From: Bacteroidota bacterium
GTDB lineage: Bacteria; Bacteroidota; Ignavibacteria; OLB7
NCBI GenBank assembly: GCA_048498995.1
Contig: JBEHWX010000005.1
Coordinates: 12,758-76,757, forward strand
Reading direction: 5' to 3'
Length of the DNA: 64,000 nt
The translations under genes were made by a program, and so were the position numbers. How positions within the stretch are numbered: position 1 is the first letter of the stretch; each line of letters opens with the position of its first letter. Below the pieces are notes generated by a model. That model saw nothing but the letters and a program-made list of their open reading frames with translations. It ran no database searches and was not told the origin of the DNA. Positions 15,545-24,300 of the stretch are shown here, piece after piece.

Positions 15545-16795
15545 ATGGCACGACAGAGCTTCCGTGTCTCCGGCCGAGTGATCAACCGCACGACACGGCG
15601 TGGCGTCGGTGGTCTTCGGGTCGAGGCGTGGGATCGAGACATCAAGCACAACGACCCGCTCGGCTCGGCAATCACCGACGACAGCGGCACCTTCGCGATC
15701 GTCTACGACCGGTCGCGATTCGACGACGAGCCTCGCCGCCAGCGGCCCGACCTTTTCTTCAAGGTGTTCCGCAAGCGGACGCTCCTGGCAACCACCGCGA
15801 GCATGCCGATCGAGAACGCCGGCCGCCGACGCACCGTCAACATTGAAGTCGATCTCGACCTTGCCGCCTCGAAGGAGGGCGCCTCGAAGGAGGGCGCCCC
15901 GAAGGGAGGCGCTCGGAAGAAGGGGGAGAAAACCAACGCAACGACTACCAGGAAGGGAGGCGGCCGCGCCACGCGCGGCGGCGCGGGATCGGCGCGCAAG
16001 GCCAGCCCGAACGATCCGGTAATGCCGGTTCCGGTCGATCCGGATCCGGTCAAGACCGATCCGAACCAGCCTTCCCAGGCACCGTTGACCGGCTCCCTCC
16101 CCGAGGTGAGCATGCACGAGCTCGGCGAGAGCGTGGCCGCCGCGCTGGCCAACGTCCAGCAGGAGCTCGACCGGTATCAGAGCCCGCTCGGCGCCTTCGT
16201 GGTCGACGAGATCGATCTGACGATCCCGGCGCAGATGCGGGTCGATGAGCTGGGCCAGATGATGGTGATCGTCACCAGCCCCGACGGCACCACGCCGGCC
16301 GACGCCTCGCAGATCCGGCTCCGGATCAAGCCGGTGCTCGGATCGCACAACGACCCGCTGATGGCCGGAACGCAGCCGCTGTCGGACGTCACCGCCCTGG
16401 GCCCCGAGCTCATCGATGTGATGAAGTCCGCGCGCGTCTTCACCGTCAACGATTTCAGGCGCGTCACCCGGACGCCGCAGGGGAAGCTGGCGGTGCAATC
16501 GAAGCTCGGCTGGGGGGATGACGAATTCCGCCAGGTCTTCGAACAGATCAAGCTTCTGTCCCTGCCGGTTCTTCCGGTGGCGGTCTCCTCCCTCCTGACG
16601 CGAAAGCTCCGCATGCGGGGCATTCCCGACTTTCTGCAGTACGATTCGTCGGCGATCGCCGACATGATCAACGCGGATTCCGGGCAGGGAAAGGAAGGCT
16701 CCACCATGGTCACCCCGGAGCACGTGGACTGCTGGAAGGATGAGACGCGCACCTATATCGCGATCAAACCTCCCTGCGCCACCACGGCCAAGTGA
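15545..16795 (+). CDS. Transthyretin-like/CarboxypepD_reg-like beta-sandwich protein with a basic low-complexity linker, the shared helix motif and HhH-like C-terminal repeats, 416 aa
   Basis: The ATG at 15545 lies 5 nt after the upstream stop; the track ORF from 15344 overlaps that gene. N-terminus: FRVSGRVINRTTRRGVGGLRVEAWDRDIKHNDPLGSAITDDSGTFAIVY. Linker: SKEGASKEGAPKGGARKKGEK... Then SVAAALANVQQELD..FVVDEIDLTIPAQMRVDELGQMMVIV..SQIRLRIKPV. The C-terminus has LSDVTALGPELIDVMKSARVFTVNDF and LPVLPVAVSSLLTRKLRMRGIPDFLQY. Confidence 0.75.
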   Translation: MARQSFRVSGRVINRTTRRGVGGLRVEAWDRDIKHNDPLGSAITDDSGTFAIVYDRSRFDDEPRRQRPDLFFKVFRKRTLLATTASMPIENAGRRRTVNIEVDLDLAASKEGASKEGAPKGGARKKGEKTNATTTRKGGGRATRGGAGSARKASPNDPVMPVPVDPDPVKTDPNQPSQAPLTGSLPEVSMHELGESVAAALANVQQELDRYQSPLGAFVVDEIDLTIPAQMRVDELGQMMVIVTSPDGTTPADASQIRLRIKPVLGSHNDPLMAGTQPLSDVTALGPELIDVMKSARVFTVNDFRRVTRTPQGKLAVQSKLGWGDDEFRQVFEQIKLLSLPVLPVAVSSLLTRKLRMRGIPDFLQYDSSAIADMINADSGQGKEGSTMVTPEHVDCWKDETRTYIAIKPPCATTAK

Positions 16796-16903
16796 CCGGC
16801 GGCGGCAGCGAACGGATCCTCGCGCCCCGCGCGAGGCAATGAGAACACGCCCGTGACCGAGTCGTCGGTGCATCGACGCTCGAACACCACCAACAACACG
16901 AGT

Positions 16904-16909
16904 AAGGAG
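16904..16909 (+). promoter_or_regulatory. Shine-Dalgarno AAGGAG for the C1 peptidase gene
   Basis: agtAAGGAGagaggcaccATG; the spacing is 9 nt. Confidence 0.6.
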
Positions 16910-16918
16910 AGAGGCACC

Positions 16919-17626
16919 ATGCCCGAGGCACCGCTGGGACGGCGCGTTCCGTCCGACTGGAAGCATGTGGAGAAATACCCGTTCAGCGCGATGGCCTCCC
17001 CGGCCGTCACGACGGTCGAGCGCACGCTCCGGCTTCCGGAATACCGCGAGAAATACAATCAGATGCGTGAGGGGGCGTGCGTCGGCTTCGCCTCCTCCTG
17101 GATGATGTCGATCCTGAACCGGCGGCTGTACAACCCGCGCTGGCTCTGGAACGAGGCCAAAAAGATCGACGAATGGCCGGAGACCAATCCCGGCGACAAT
17201 CAGGGAACCTCGGTGCGCGCGGCGATGGATGTGCTTCGCGCGCAGGGACACGTCCGCGTGGTCCGCGGCCGGGAGTCCCCGCCCGATCTGGCCGACGGGA
17301 TCCTGGAAAACCGCTGGGCCACGACAGTGGACGAGATTCGCACGGCGATCGCCGGCGGCATCCCGGTGACGATCGGCGTCAACTGGTACACCGCGTTCGA
17401 CACGCCGACGCAGAAGGATGGGAACTGGTGGATCGGGGATGGTGATCTCGGCCATATCCGCGGAGGGCACTCGGTCTGCATCTTCCGCGCCTCCGACCGG
17501 CTGCAGGCCGTCGGCATCGTCAACAACTGGGGGCCGAGCTATCCGCTCGTGCTGATGCCCTACGGCGTCCTTTCCCGACTCCTCGGCGAGCAGGGAGAAG
17601 CGGCGCTGGTCACCGATCGCCCATGA
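16919..17626 (+). CDS. Papain-like cysteine peptidase (family C1-like), 235 aa; no signal peptide
   Basis: The catalytic signature is intact: Q-x5-C (YNQMREGACVGFASSWM), His (IRGGHSVCIFR) and Asn-Trp (VNNWGPSYP). The start at 16919 is supported by the SD; the track start at 16853 is an alternative. Confidence 0.8.
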   Translation: MPEAPLGRRVPSDWKHVEKYPFSAMASPAVTTVERTLRLPEYREKYNQMREGACVGFASSWMMSILNRRLYNPRWLWNEAKKIDEWPETNPGDNQGTSVRAAMDVLRAQGHVRVVRGRESPPDLADGILENRWATTVDEIRTAIAGGIPVTIGVNWYTAFDTPTQKDGNWWIGDGDLGHIRGGHSVCIFRASDRLQAVGIVNNWGPSYPLVLMPYGVLSRLLGEQGEAALVTDRP

Positions 17627-18133
17627 CGCGATGCGACGGCGGAGCCGGTCCCGAAGTCTGGAAGATCCGCCCGAGCGCGGCCCCTCACGGCCGCCGCGGA
17701 TCTCTCCGATGAGGCGGACCGGCTCTCATCGCGCGACGGCCACGCCGTCGAAAGCCGTCACCCACACACGACCGCCGGATGGCGGATCGGCGCCGGGTAG
17801 CAGCGCGCACCAAGGACACGAGCGCGCTCCCCGACGAACCGGTGAGGAGCATGACGGGCACACAGCCGTTGACGGCCGAGGGGATCGACGACGACACGCG
17901 TCGAAGGGTCGAACGGCGTCGGAGGGGACGTGACGTGCCCGCCCGCTCCAGCACATTCCCGACGAGCATCGGGAGACACCGGATTCGAGTCGATACCGAC
18001 CGCCGGGGTCCCACCCCCTGCAACCTGCGGTGGCGTTTCCATCGAAGCGGCGCAATGCTGAGCGCCCCCTGACCGGAGCGGCTTGGCTCCCTCCCCCCGG
18101 CCGGCTCCGACGATGGAAACCCACCCGCGGGGG

Positions 18134-18175
18134 TGGTTCCTCACCGATGGTTCCTCACCGATGGTTCCTCACCGA
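18134..18175. repeat. Perfect 14-bp x3 tandem repeat in a 620-bp non-coding gap
   Basis: tggttcctcaccga occurs three times consecutively (18134..18175), followed by a partial tgg. The unit length is not a multiple of 3, and it lies between convergent gene ends. Confidence 0.9.
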
Positions 18176-18245
18176 TGGGCGATCCGCCAGGTGAGAATCC
18201 CGACGACGCGCGGGCCGGTCAATCCGGCGCTCGCCACCTCCCCGA

Positions 18246-21101
18246 TCAACGGAGGATCCGCATCCTCCGGCTCTCATCGCCGACCGGCGTCTCCAGGCGA
18301 TAGTAGTAGACGCCGGCCGCCATCCCTCCCGCTCCCAGGCGATCGGGAACCACCTCGACGCTCTGCGCTCCCGGACCGAACACCCGGTCCAGCAGCGTGG
18401 CCACCTCCCGCCCGGCCGGATCGAACAGCCGCAGCCGCACCCGGCCGATCGGCATCGAGGCCGGCAGCGTAAAACGGATCGTGGTCCGCGCGCCGACCGG
18501 ATCGGGATAATTTCCTTCCAGCATCTTCCCCGTGTTCCCCGCCACCGTCCCATCCGACGAGCCTTCGCGATCGACTCCGAGCGTTCCGATCGACGTGGTG
18601 TAGACGCCGTTGCCGTGCGTCGCCACCGCCACGAACCCGTCGGACTGCCGCGCGTCGATCATGTCGACCACCACGTTCCCGATCGTCTCGCTCCCCTCCT
18701 GCGTCCATTGCGTGGAGGCGCCGTCGAGCCTCATCGTCGAGTACAGGCCGGTGCTGGTCGCCACCATGTACAGGGTGGTGGTGCCGCGATGCAGGAACGA
18801 GAACCAGCGGCAGGAAGGTCCCGCGCCCGATCCCGTGGTCGCGTTCGGCTCCAGGTTGCCGCCGATCGGCGTCCAGGTCTCGCCGGCATCGGTGGTCAGG
18901 AACAGGCTCTGAACGCTGTAATTGGAGAAGACCACCACCGCCCTGTTGCCGTCGAGCGGATCGACCGAGATGCAGGTGACGTAGCCATCCTTCGGGAAGC
19001 TTCCGCCGGTGATCTCGATCTTCTGCGGATCCCCGGCGTCCGCCCCGTCGAGGCGGAACACGCGGCCGTTCTCGGTGCCGTAGTAGACCCGGTGCAGCGG
19101 CGCGGCGGCGGTCACCGCGAGGGCGCTGATCTTGGTGCTGTCGCTCACCTTCGCGCCGGCAAGGCGGGTCCAGTTGACCGACGTGCTCCGGTTCGGCGAG
19201 GCGGGAATCGCCGACAGATCGGAATTCCGCCAGAGGTCGACGCCGCCGGCCAGGAACATCATGTTCTGATTGGCCGGATCGAGCGTGAACGGATTGGTGA
19301 ACAGATAGCCGGTTCCCCCCTCGGGATCGACACGGGTCGAGGAGATCATGTTCCCCTGACCGTCGAGCCGGACGCGGAAGAGATAGCCGAACTGGTTCGA
19401 AACGTAGTAGGCGGAGCGCCCGTCGGCGATCGCGACGAAGGCGCCGTCGCTGGTTCCGCGCAGTGTCCAGGGAGCGGCGCCGTTGGCGGTCGCCGACATC
19501 CAGGTGCCGTTGTCCTGCAAGCCCCCCATCATCGTCGGGTCTCCCGGCGTGGCGTGGTCGATCGCGATCGAATAGAACTGCGTGGTCAGATAGCCGCCGT
19601 TGAGCGATTCCCACGCGACGGTGGCGGCGGTGGCGTCCGGGCTGCGATGGATGCCGCCGTCGCTGCCGGTATAGACCACCCGCGGATCGCGCGGGGAGAA
19701 GACGAGCGTATGCTGATCGGGATGATGCTCGGGATAGGAGTAATCGTTGATCACCAGCGTGTCCCGATCGAAGTTCTTGTAGCCGCCGATCCAGGCCGTC
19801 TTCGTCTTCGTGGCGAACGCATCGTCCGAGCGGTAGAGGTTGGTGCCGCCGATGAAGAGGACGTTCTCGTCGTCCGGCTTGGCGTGGACGTGGAGATCGT
19901 ATCCCCCCTGCGAGAAGAAGTCGCCGGAGCCGCCGCCGAATGCGGGAAGGTTCATCGAGCGATCCTCCCAACGGCCACCGCTCCCGGTGCCGTCGCCGGA
20001 GAGATAGGTGTATTTCCAGAGGCTCTGCCAGGAGGAATCGCCCCGGAAGTTCCTGCCGAGGAAGCCGCGTCCGGGGGTCTCGGCCAGCACGTAGAGAACG
20101 TTCGGATTCGACGGGGCCAGGCCGAGCACGATCCGTTCGGGATCGGCGGGGAAGCTGTCCGGGGTGATCTTCTTCCAGGTACCGGAGGCGCCGTCGACGG
20201 TGCGCCAGATGCCGCGGTTCACCCCGCCCCCTCCGATGGCGCCGTAGACCACTCCCTCGCGGGTGACCGTCACGTCGGTGTAAGGTCCCTGATAGTTCCC
20301 CGCCATGCCGCTGCCGCGGAGCACGTCGGTCCAGGTGGTGCCGCCGTTGGTCGAGCGGGAGATCACGCCGTAATAGGCGGCGTAGACCTCGTCCTGGGTG
20401 GTGTTCGACGGATCGACCGCGACGCTCCAGACGAAGTCCGACGGACGATCGAACAGGTGCGGCTTGTTCGAGGCGGTGGCCGCGAGCGGCGCCCAGGAGC
20501 GGCCGTTATCGGTCGACTTGAACAGCCCGTTTCCCTGGTAGTAGGCGTATGCCTCGGAGGCGCTGCTGCCGAGGAGCTCCCCGGTGCCGTAGTACCAGGT
20601 GGCGGAATGGCCGGGGCGGGTATCCTGCGTGATGCAGGTGACCGACGGAAGCTGTCCCGGAAGCGTCGTCTTGCTCCAGGTTCTCCCCCGATCGGTGGAG
20701 CGCCACATGCCGCCGGAGGTGCCGCCGGCCAGGATCGTATCCTCCCCGGTCACGTCGACGGCGAGGGCGCGCGTGCGGCCGCCGATATTGAACGGCCCGC
20801 GATGGTTCCAACTGTACTCCTGCATGCCGGCCCCCTTCATCATCGCCATGGATCTGCGGGGAAGCGTGGCCGCGTAGGCCAGCTCCCGCGCGCGAATCCT
20901 CTCGGGAATCCTCCCCGTGGCCGGATCGCGCAGGCGCAGATGCTCCCACTCGGCCCGAGCCGCGGGGTTCTCGCTCTCGCCGATCGCCTCCGGCTCCTCG
21001 CCGGCCGGCTCGCCGGGATGTCCCGGAGTGAGGATATGCGCCGAGAGCGCCGCGCAGGTCGCGATCAGCGCCAGATAGAGGGAAGTGCGTAGCCGTGTCA
21101 T
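18246..21101 (-). CDS. Secreted BNR/Asp-box beta-propeller protein with a T9SS C-terminal sorting domain, 951 aa
   Basis: The ATG at 21101 gives the signal peptide MTRLRTSLYLALIATCAALSAHI. Asp-box motifs are present: STDRGRTWS, STDNGRSWA, STNGGTTWT, TTDAGETWT. The C-terminus (..TTIRFTLP..VRLRLFDPAGREVATLLD..GVYYYRLE..RMRILR) is typical of a T9SS CTD. The track ORF extension to 24533 is antisense to the AddB-like gene. Confidence 0.85.
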   Translation of the reverse strand: MTRLRTSLYLALIATCAALSAHILTPGHPGEPAGEEPEAIGESENPAARAEWEHLRLRDPATGRIPERIRARELAYAATLPRRSMAMMKGAGMQEYSWNHRGPFNIGGRTRALAVDVTGEDTILAGGTSGGMWRSTDRGRTWSKTTLPGQLPSVTCITQDTRPGHSATWYYGTGELLGSSASEAYAYYQGNGLFKSTDNGRSWAPLAATASNKPHLFDRPSDFVWSVAVDPSNTTQDEVYAAYYGVISRSTNGGTTWTDVLRGSGMAGNYQGPYTDVTVTREGVVYGAIGGGGVNRGIWRTVDGASGTWKKITPDSFPADPERIVLGLAPSNPNVLYVLAETPGRGFLGRNFRGDSSWQSLWKYTYLSGDGTGSGGRWEDRSMNLPAFGGGSGDFFSQGGYDLHVHAKPDDENVLFIGGTNLYRSDDAFATKTKTAWIGGYKNFDRDTLVINDYSYPEHHPDQHTLVFSPRDPRVVYTGSDGGIHRSPDATAATVAWESLNGGYLTTQFYSIAIDHATPGDPTMMGGLQDNGTWMSATANGAAPWTLRGTSDGAFVAIADGRSAYYVSNQFGYLFRVRLDGQGNMISSTRVDPEGGTGYLFTNPFTLDPANQNMMFLAGGVDLWRNSDLSAIPASPNRSTSVNWTRLAGAKVSDSTKISALAVTAAAPLHRVYYGTENGRVFRLDGADAGDPQKIEITGGSFPKDGYVTCISVDPLDGNRAVVVFSNYSVQSLFLTTDAGETWTPIGGNLEPNATTGSGAGPSCRWFSFLHRGTTTLYMVATSTGLYSTMRLDGASTQWTQEGSETIGNVVVDMIDARQSDGFVAVATHGNGVYTTSIGTLGVDREGSSDGTVAGNTGKMLEGNYPDPVGARTTIRFTLPASMPIGRVRLRLFDPAGREVATLLDRVFGPGAQSVEVVPDRLGAGGMAAGVYYYRLETPVGDESRRMRILR

Positions 21102-21305
21102 GTCGTTGGTCCGCGTGATCAGCCGTCGGGGGTTGGAGGACGGGGTTGTTTCAGGCTCGTGAAGAAGGTGAAAGCTACACGTTTGCCCCGGCCGTGACAA
21201 GGGCCTCGAACCCGCTCCCCCTCGAGGCCGGCCTCCGCCCCGGCGCGTCGTATCTTTGCTGCGGCTCGTTTCCCCTCTCCCGAACATCGATCCCGAGCGA
21301 CGACG

Positions 21306-24300
21306 TTGGCGCAGCTTCTCTACAATCTTCTCGACCCGGAGGCGGTTCTCCTCGACTTCAACGAGACGGCGCTCGGCGCCGCGCGCCGGTCGGAGCTGGA
21401 TCGCTACATCTTCGTGGTGCCGACCTACCGGATGCAGAGGGATCTGGATCTGAAGCTGACGCGGGCCCATCACGAGGCCACCGGCCGGCCGATCGAGCGG
21501 CTCCACCTCTACACCATGGAAGGGCTGGCCCGACGCCTCTTTGCCGGCGTCGGCCCCGGCCGCCGCGATATCTCCGGCGAGCTGCAGCGCGCGCTCACGC
21601 GGCTGGCGATGGAGAACGCGGATCTGCGGTTCTTCGCCAGACCCGATCGCCCCCCCTCTCCCGGCGTTGTCGAGAGGATCGCGCGGATCATCGCCGGCAT
21701 CCGCGCCGACGGCATGCTCCCTGCCCGCCTGCTCGAGGATATCCGTTACGCCGAGTCGCATCCGGACGCGGCCGGCTACGATGTGGGGAAGCTCCACGAC
21801 CTGCACGCCATCTACGACGAATATCTCCGCCTGCTGGACTCCTACTGGATCGATTCTCCGGGACGGATGCTTCAGGTCAACGCCGCGCTCCTCGAGGATC
21901 ACGACGAGGTGTTCAGGCGGGTCTTCCCCTCGGCCACCCATCTTCTCGTCTGCGGCTATACCGAGCTGTCCCAGCCGGAGCTGATGCTGCTGGAGGGACT
22001 CGGGCACGTTGCCGATCTGCGCGTGTCGATCTACTTCGATTATGCATCCGAGAACGGCCCTCTCTACGGCAATTTCGACGAGTCGATCGAACGGCTGAAG
22101 AACGCCGGCTACGATCGCTTCGATCTCGATCCGCTGGACGACGGTGTTGCCGAGGAGGAGCGCCGGCCGTTCAAACACCACATGCGGCGCAATCTCTTCC
22201 GTACCGACCAGCGGATCGCCAACCCCGCCTTCGACGAGCTGATCAATGTCTATGGCTTTCATGGCCGGGACGAGGAGGCGGAGGGGATCGCGGCACTCAT
22301 CAAGTGGAGGGTCATCGAGGAGGGAATCGCTCCCGAGCGGATCTGCGTGGCGGCCAGCGACATCGAGCCGTACGCGCCGCTGCTCCGGACGCACATGGCC
22401 GAGTACGGCATTCCCTGCATCGCGGCCACCCACTTTCCGCTGGCGGAAAGCCCCCTGATCACGGCGATCTTCGCGGCGCTGACGATCCCGGTCTCCGGCT
22501 TCGCCCGTCGGGACGTGATCCGCGCGGTCACCTCCCCCTATCTCTCCTTCGGCGCCGAGATCGATCCGGCCGCGCTCACCGCGGCGGCGGCGCAGCTCCG
22601 GATCACGCGTGGCCGGGAGTCGTGGCGCCGGAGGATCGGCCAGAAGATCGAGCTGGTGGAAGGATACATGCTCCGCCTGACCGATGAGGAGGAGCGTCGC
22701 GTGCAGGCGGAGGAGCTCGATCTGCTCCGCCGCGCCGGGCGTGGATTCGACCATCTGGCGCATCGCCTGGAAGGGCTCGAGCGGGAGCTTTCCGCCGCGG
22801 AGTTCCGCCAGACCGTCCACGGCTTCGTGGCGCGGATGCGCGTCGCGGAGAACATCCTCGCGCTCCGTCGGAGCCTGGATGCCCGCCCGCGCGCGCCGCT
22901 GGAATGGCAGCGGGTGCATGACGGCATCGAGCAGGATACCCGCGCGCTTGCCCGCTTCCTCGAGCTGGTCGACGAGCTGGCGGAGTTCTTCGAGGTGAAG
23001 GACGATCTGGCGCGTGGCGACCAGACGCGCGAACGGCGCCCGCTGGAGTTCTACCTGGATCATCTCCGCACCGCCGCGGCGCGCGCGCGCTTCGAGATCC
23101 GGGAGAAGCAGGGTTTCGGCGTCTCGATCCTCCCGATTCATCAGCTTCGGGGACTTCAGTTCGACGTGGTGATCCTCTGCGGCATGGTCGACGGGGAGTT
23201 TCCGGGCACCTATATCCCGGAGATCTTTCTCGGTCGCCCCCTTCCCCGCGCCGAGGAGCGGCGGATGCGCCGGGAGCGGATCGAGTTCTATCAGGCGATC
23301 ACCTCCTTCTCGCGGAGCCTGGTCCTCACCTATCCACGCTTCGCCGGCGAGCGTGCGCTCGTGCGCTCGTCGTTCGTCGATGCCTTCCTCCGCATCACGA
23401 CGGTCGAGGAGCGGGGGCGCGTGGTCGAGCTCGACGAGCTCCGCGCCGTGCGTGCCCGGATCAGGGACGAGGGAAGCGCCACGCCCCACACGGCGTTCGT
23501 GGCGATGATCGGCAGCCCCAACGCCCTGGCCGAGGAGGCCGGGGAAGCGCTCTGGAGCGGCGCCGAGGTTCCGCGGTTCGACGATCCCTCCGGCATCATC
23601 GAGCATCTCCGCTTCACCGCGGCAATCGAGCAGGGACGGCATCGCGCCGAGCTCGGGGCGGACACGGCGGCGGTGCCGGAGTATCGGGGCATCATCGGCG
23701 CCGCGCTCGCTCCCGAGGAGCGGGCGGAGCTCGAGGAGTATCGCGGTCGGGAGTATTCGGTGTCGCAGCTCGAGCTCTACGGTCGCTGTCCGTTCAAATA
23801 TTTCGCGCGGCGCATCCTGGCCGCCAATGCCCCGACGTCGTTCGATGTGTCGCTCACGCCGCTGGAGCGGGGAACACTGCTGCACCGCGTGCTCTTCCGG
23901 CTTTACGTTGAGCTGCGTGAGCATGACGAGCTGCCGGTCACCGAGATCACGCGTGGCGCCGCCCTGGCGCGCGCGCGCGCGCTGGCCCGGGAGGAGATCG
24001 CGGGAATCGTTTTCGACCATCCCTACTGGCGGATCGACCAGGAGCGGCTCCTCGGCAGCGATCAGGTGGACGGCCTTCTCGAGCAGTGGATCGAGTACGA
24101 GGCCACCCGTCGGAGCGACAAGTCGGAGCTGGCGCCGGCATTCTTCGAGACCGGCTTCGGAAGCTCCACGGTGCGCGGCGGCACGTCCGATCCCCTCCTC
24201 ACCTCCGATGCGCGGATGCCGCTCCATGGCATCGCCGTGCGGGGCAAGGTCGATCGCATCGAGCTGTTCTACCATGGCGATATCCTCTACTTCGCCGTGG

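Noticed and set aside
17631-18144. ORFs of 97-132 aa in the 620-bp gap
   Set aside because: All are Arg/Pro/Gly-rich on overlapping frames, with no start context. They are treated as GC-driven noise (see the finding on the gap).
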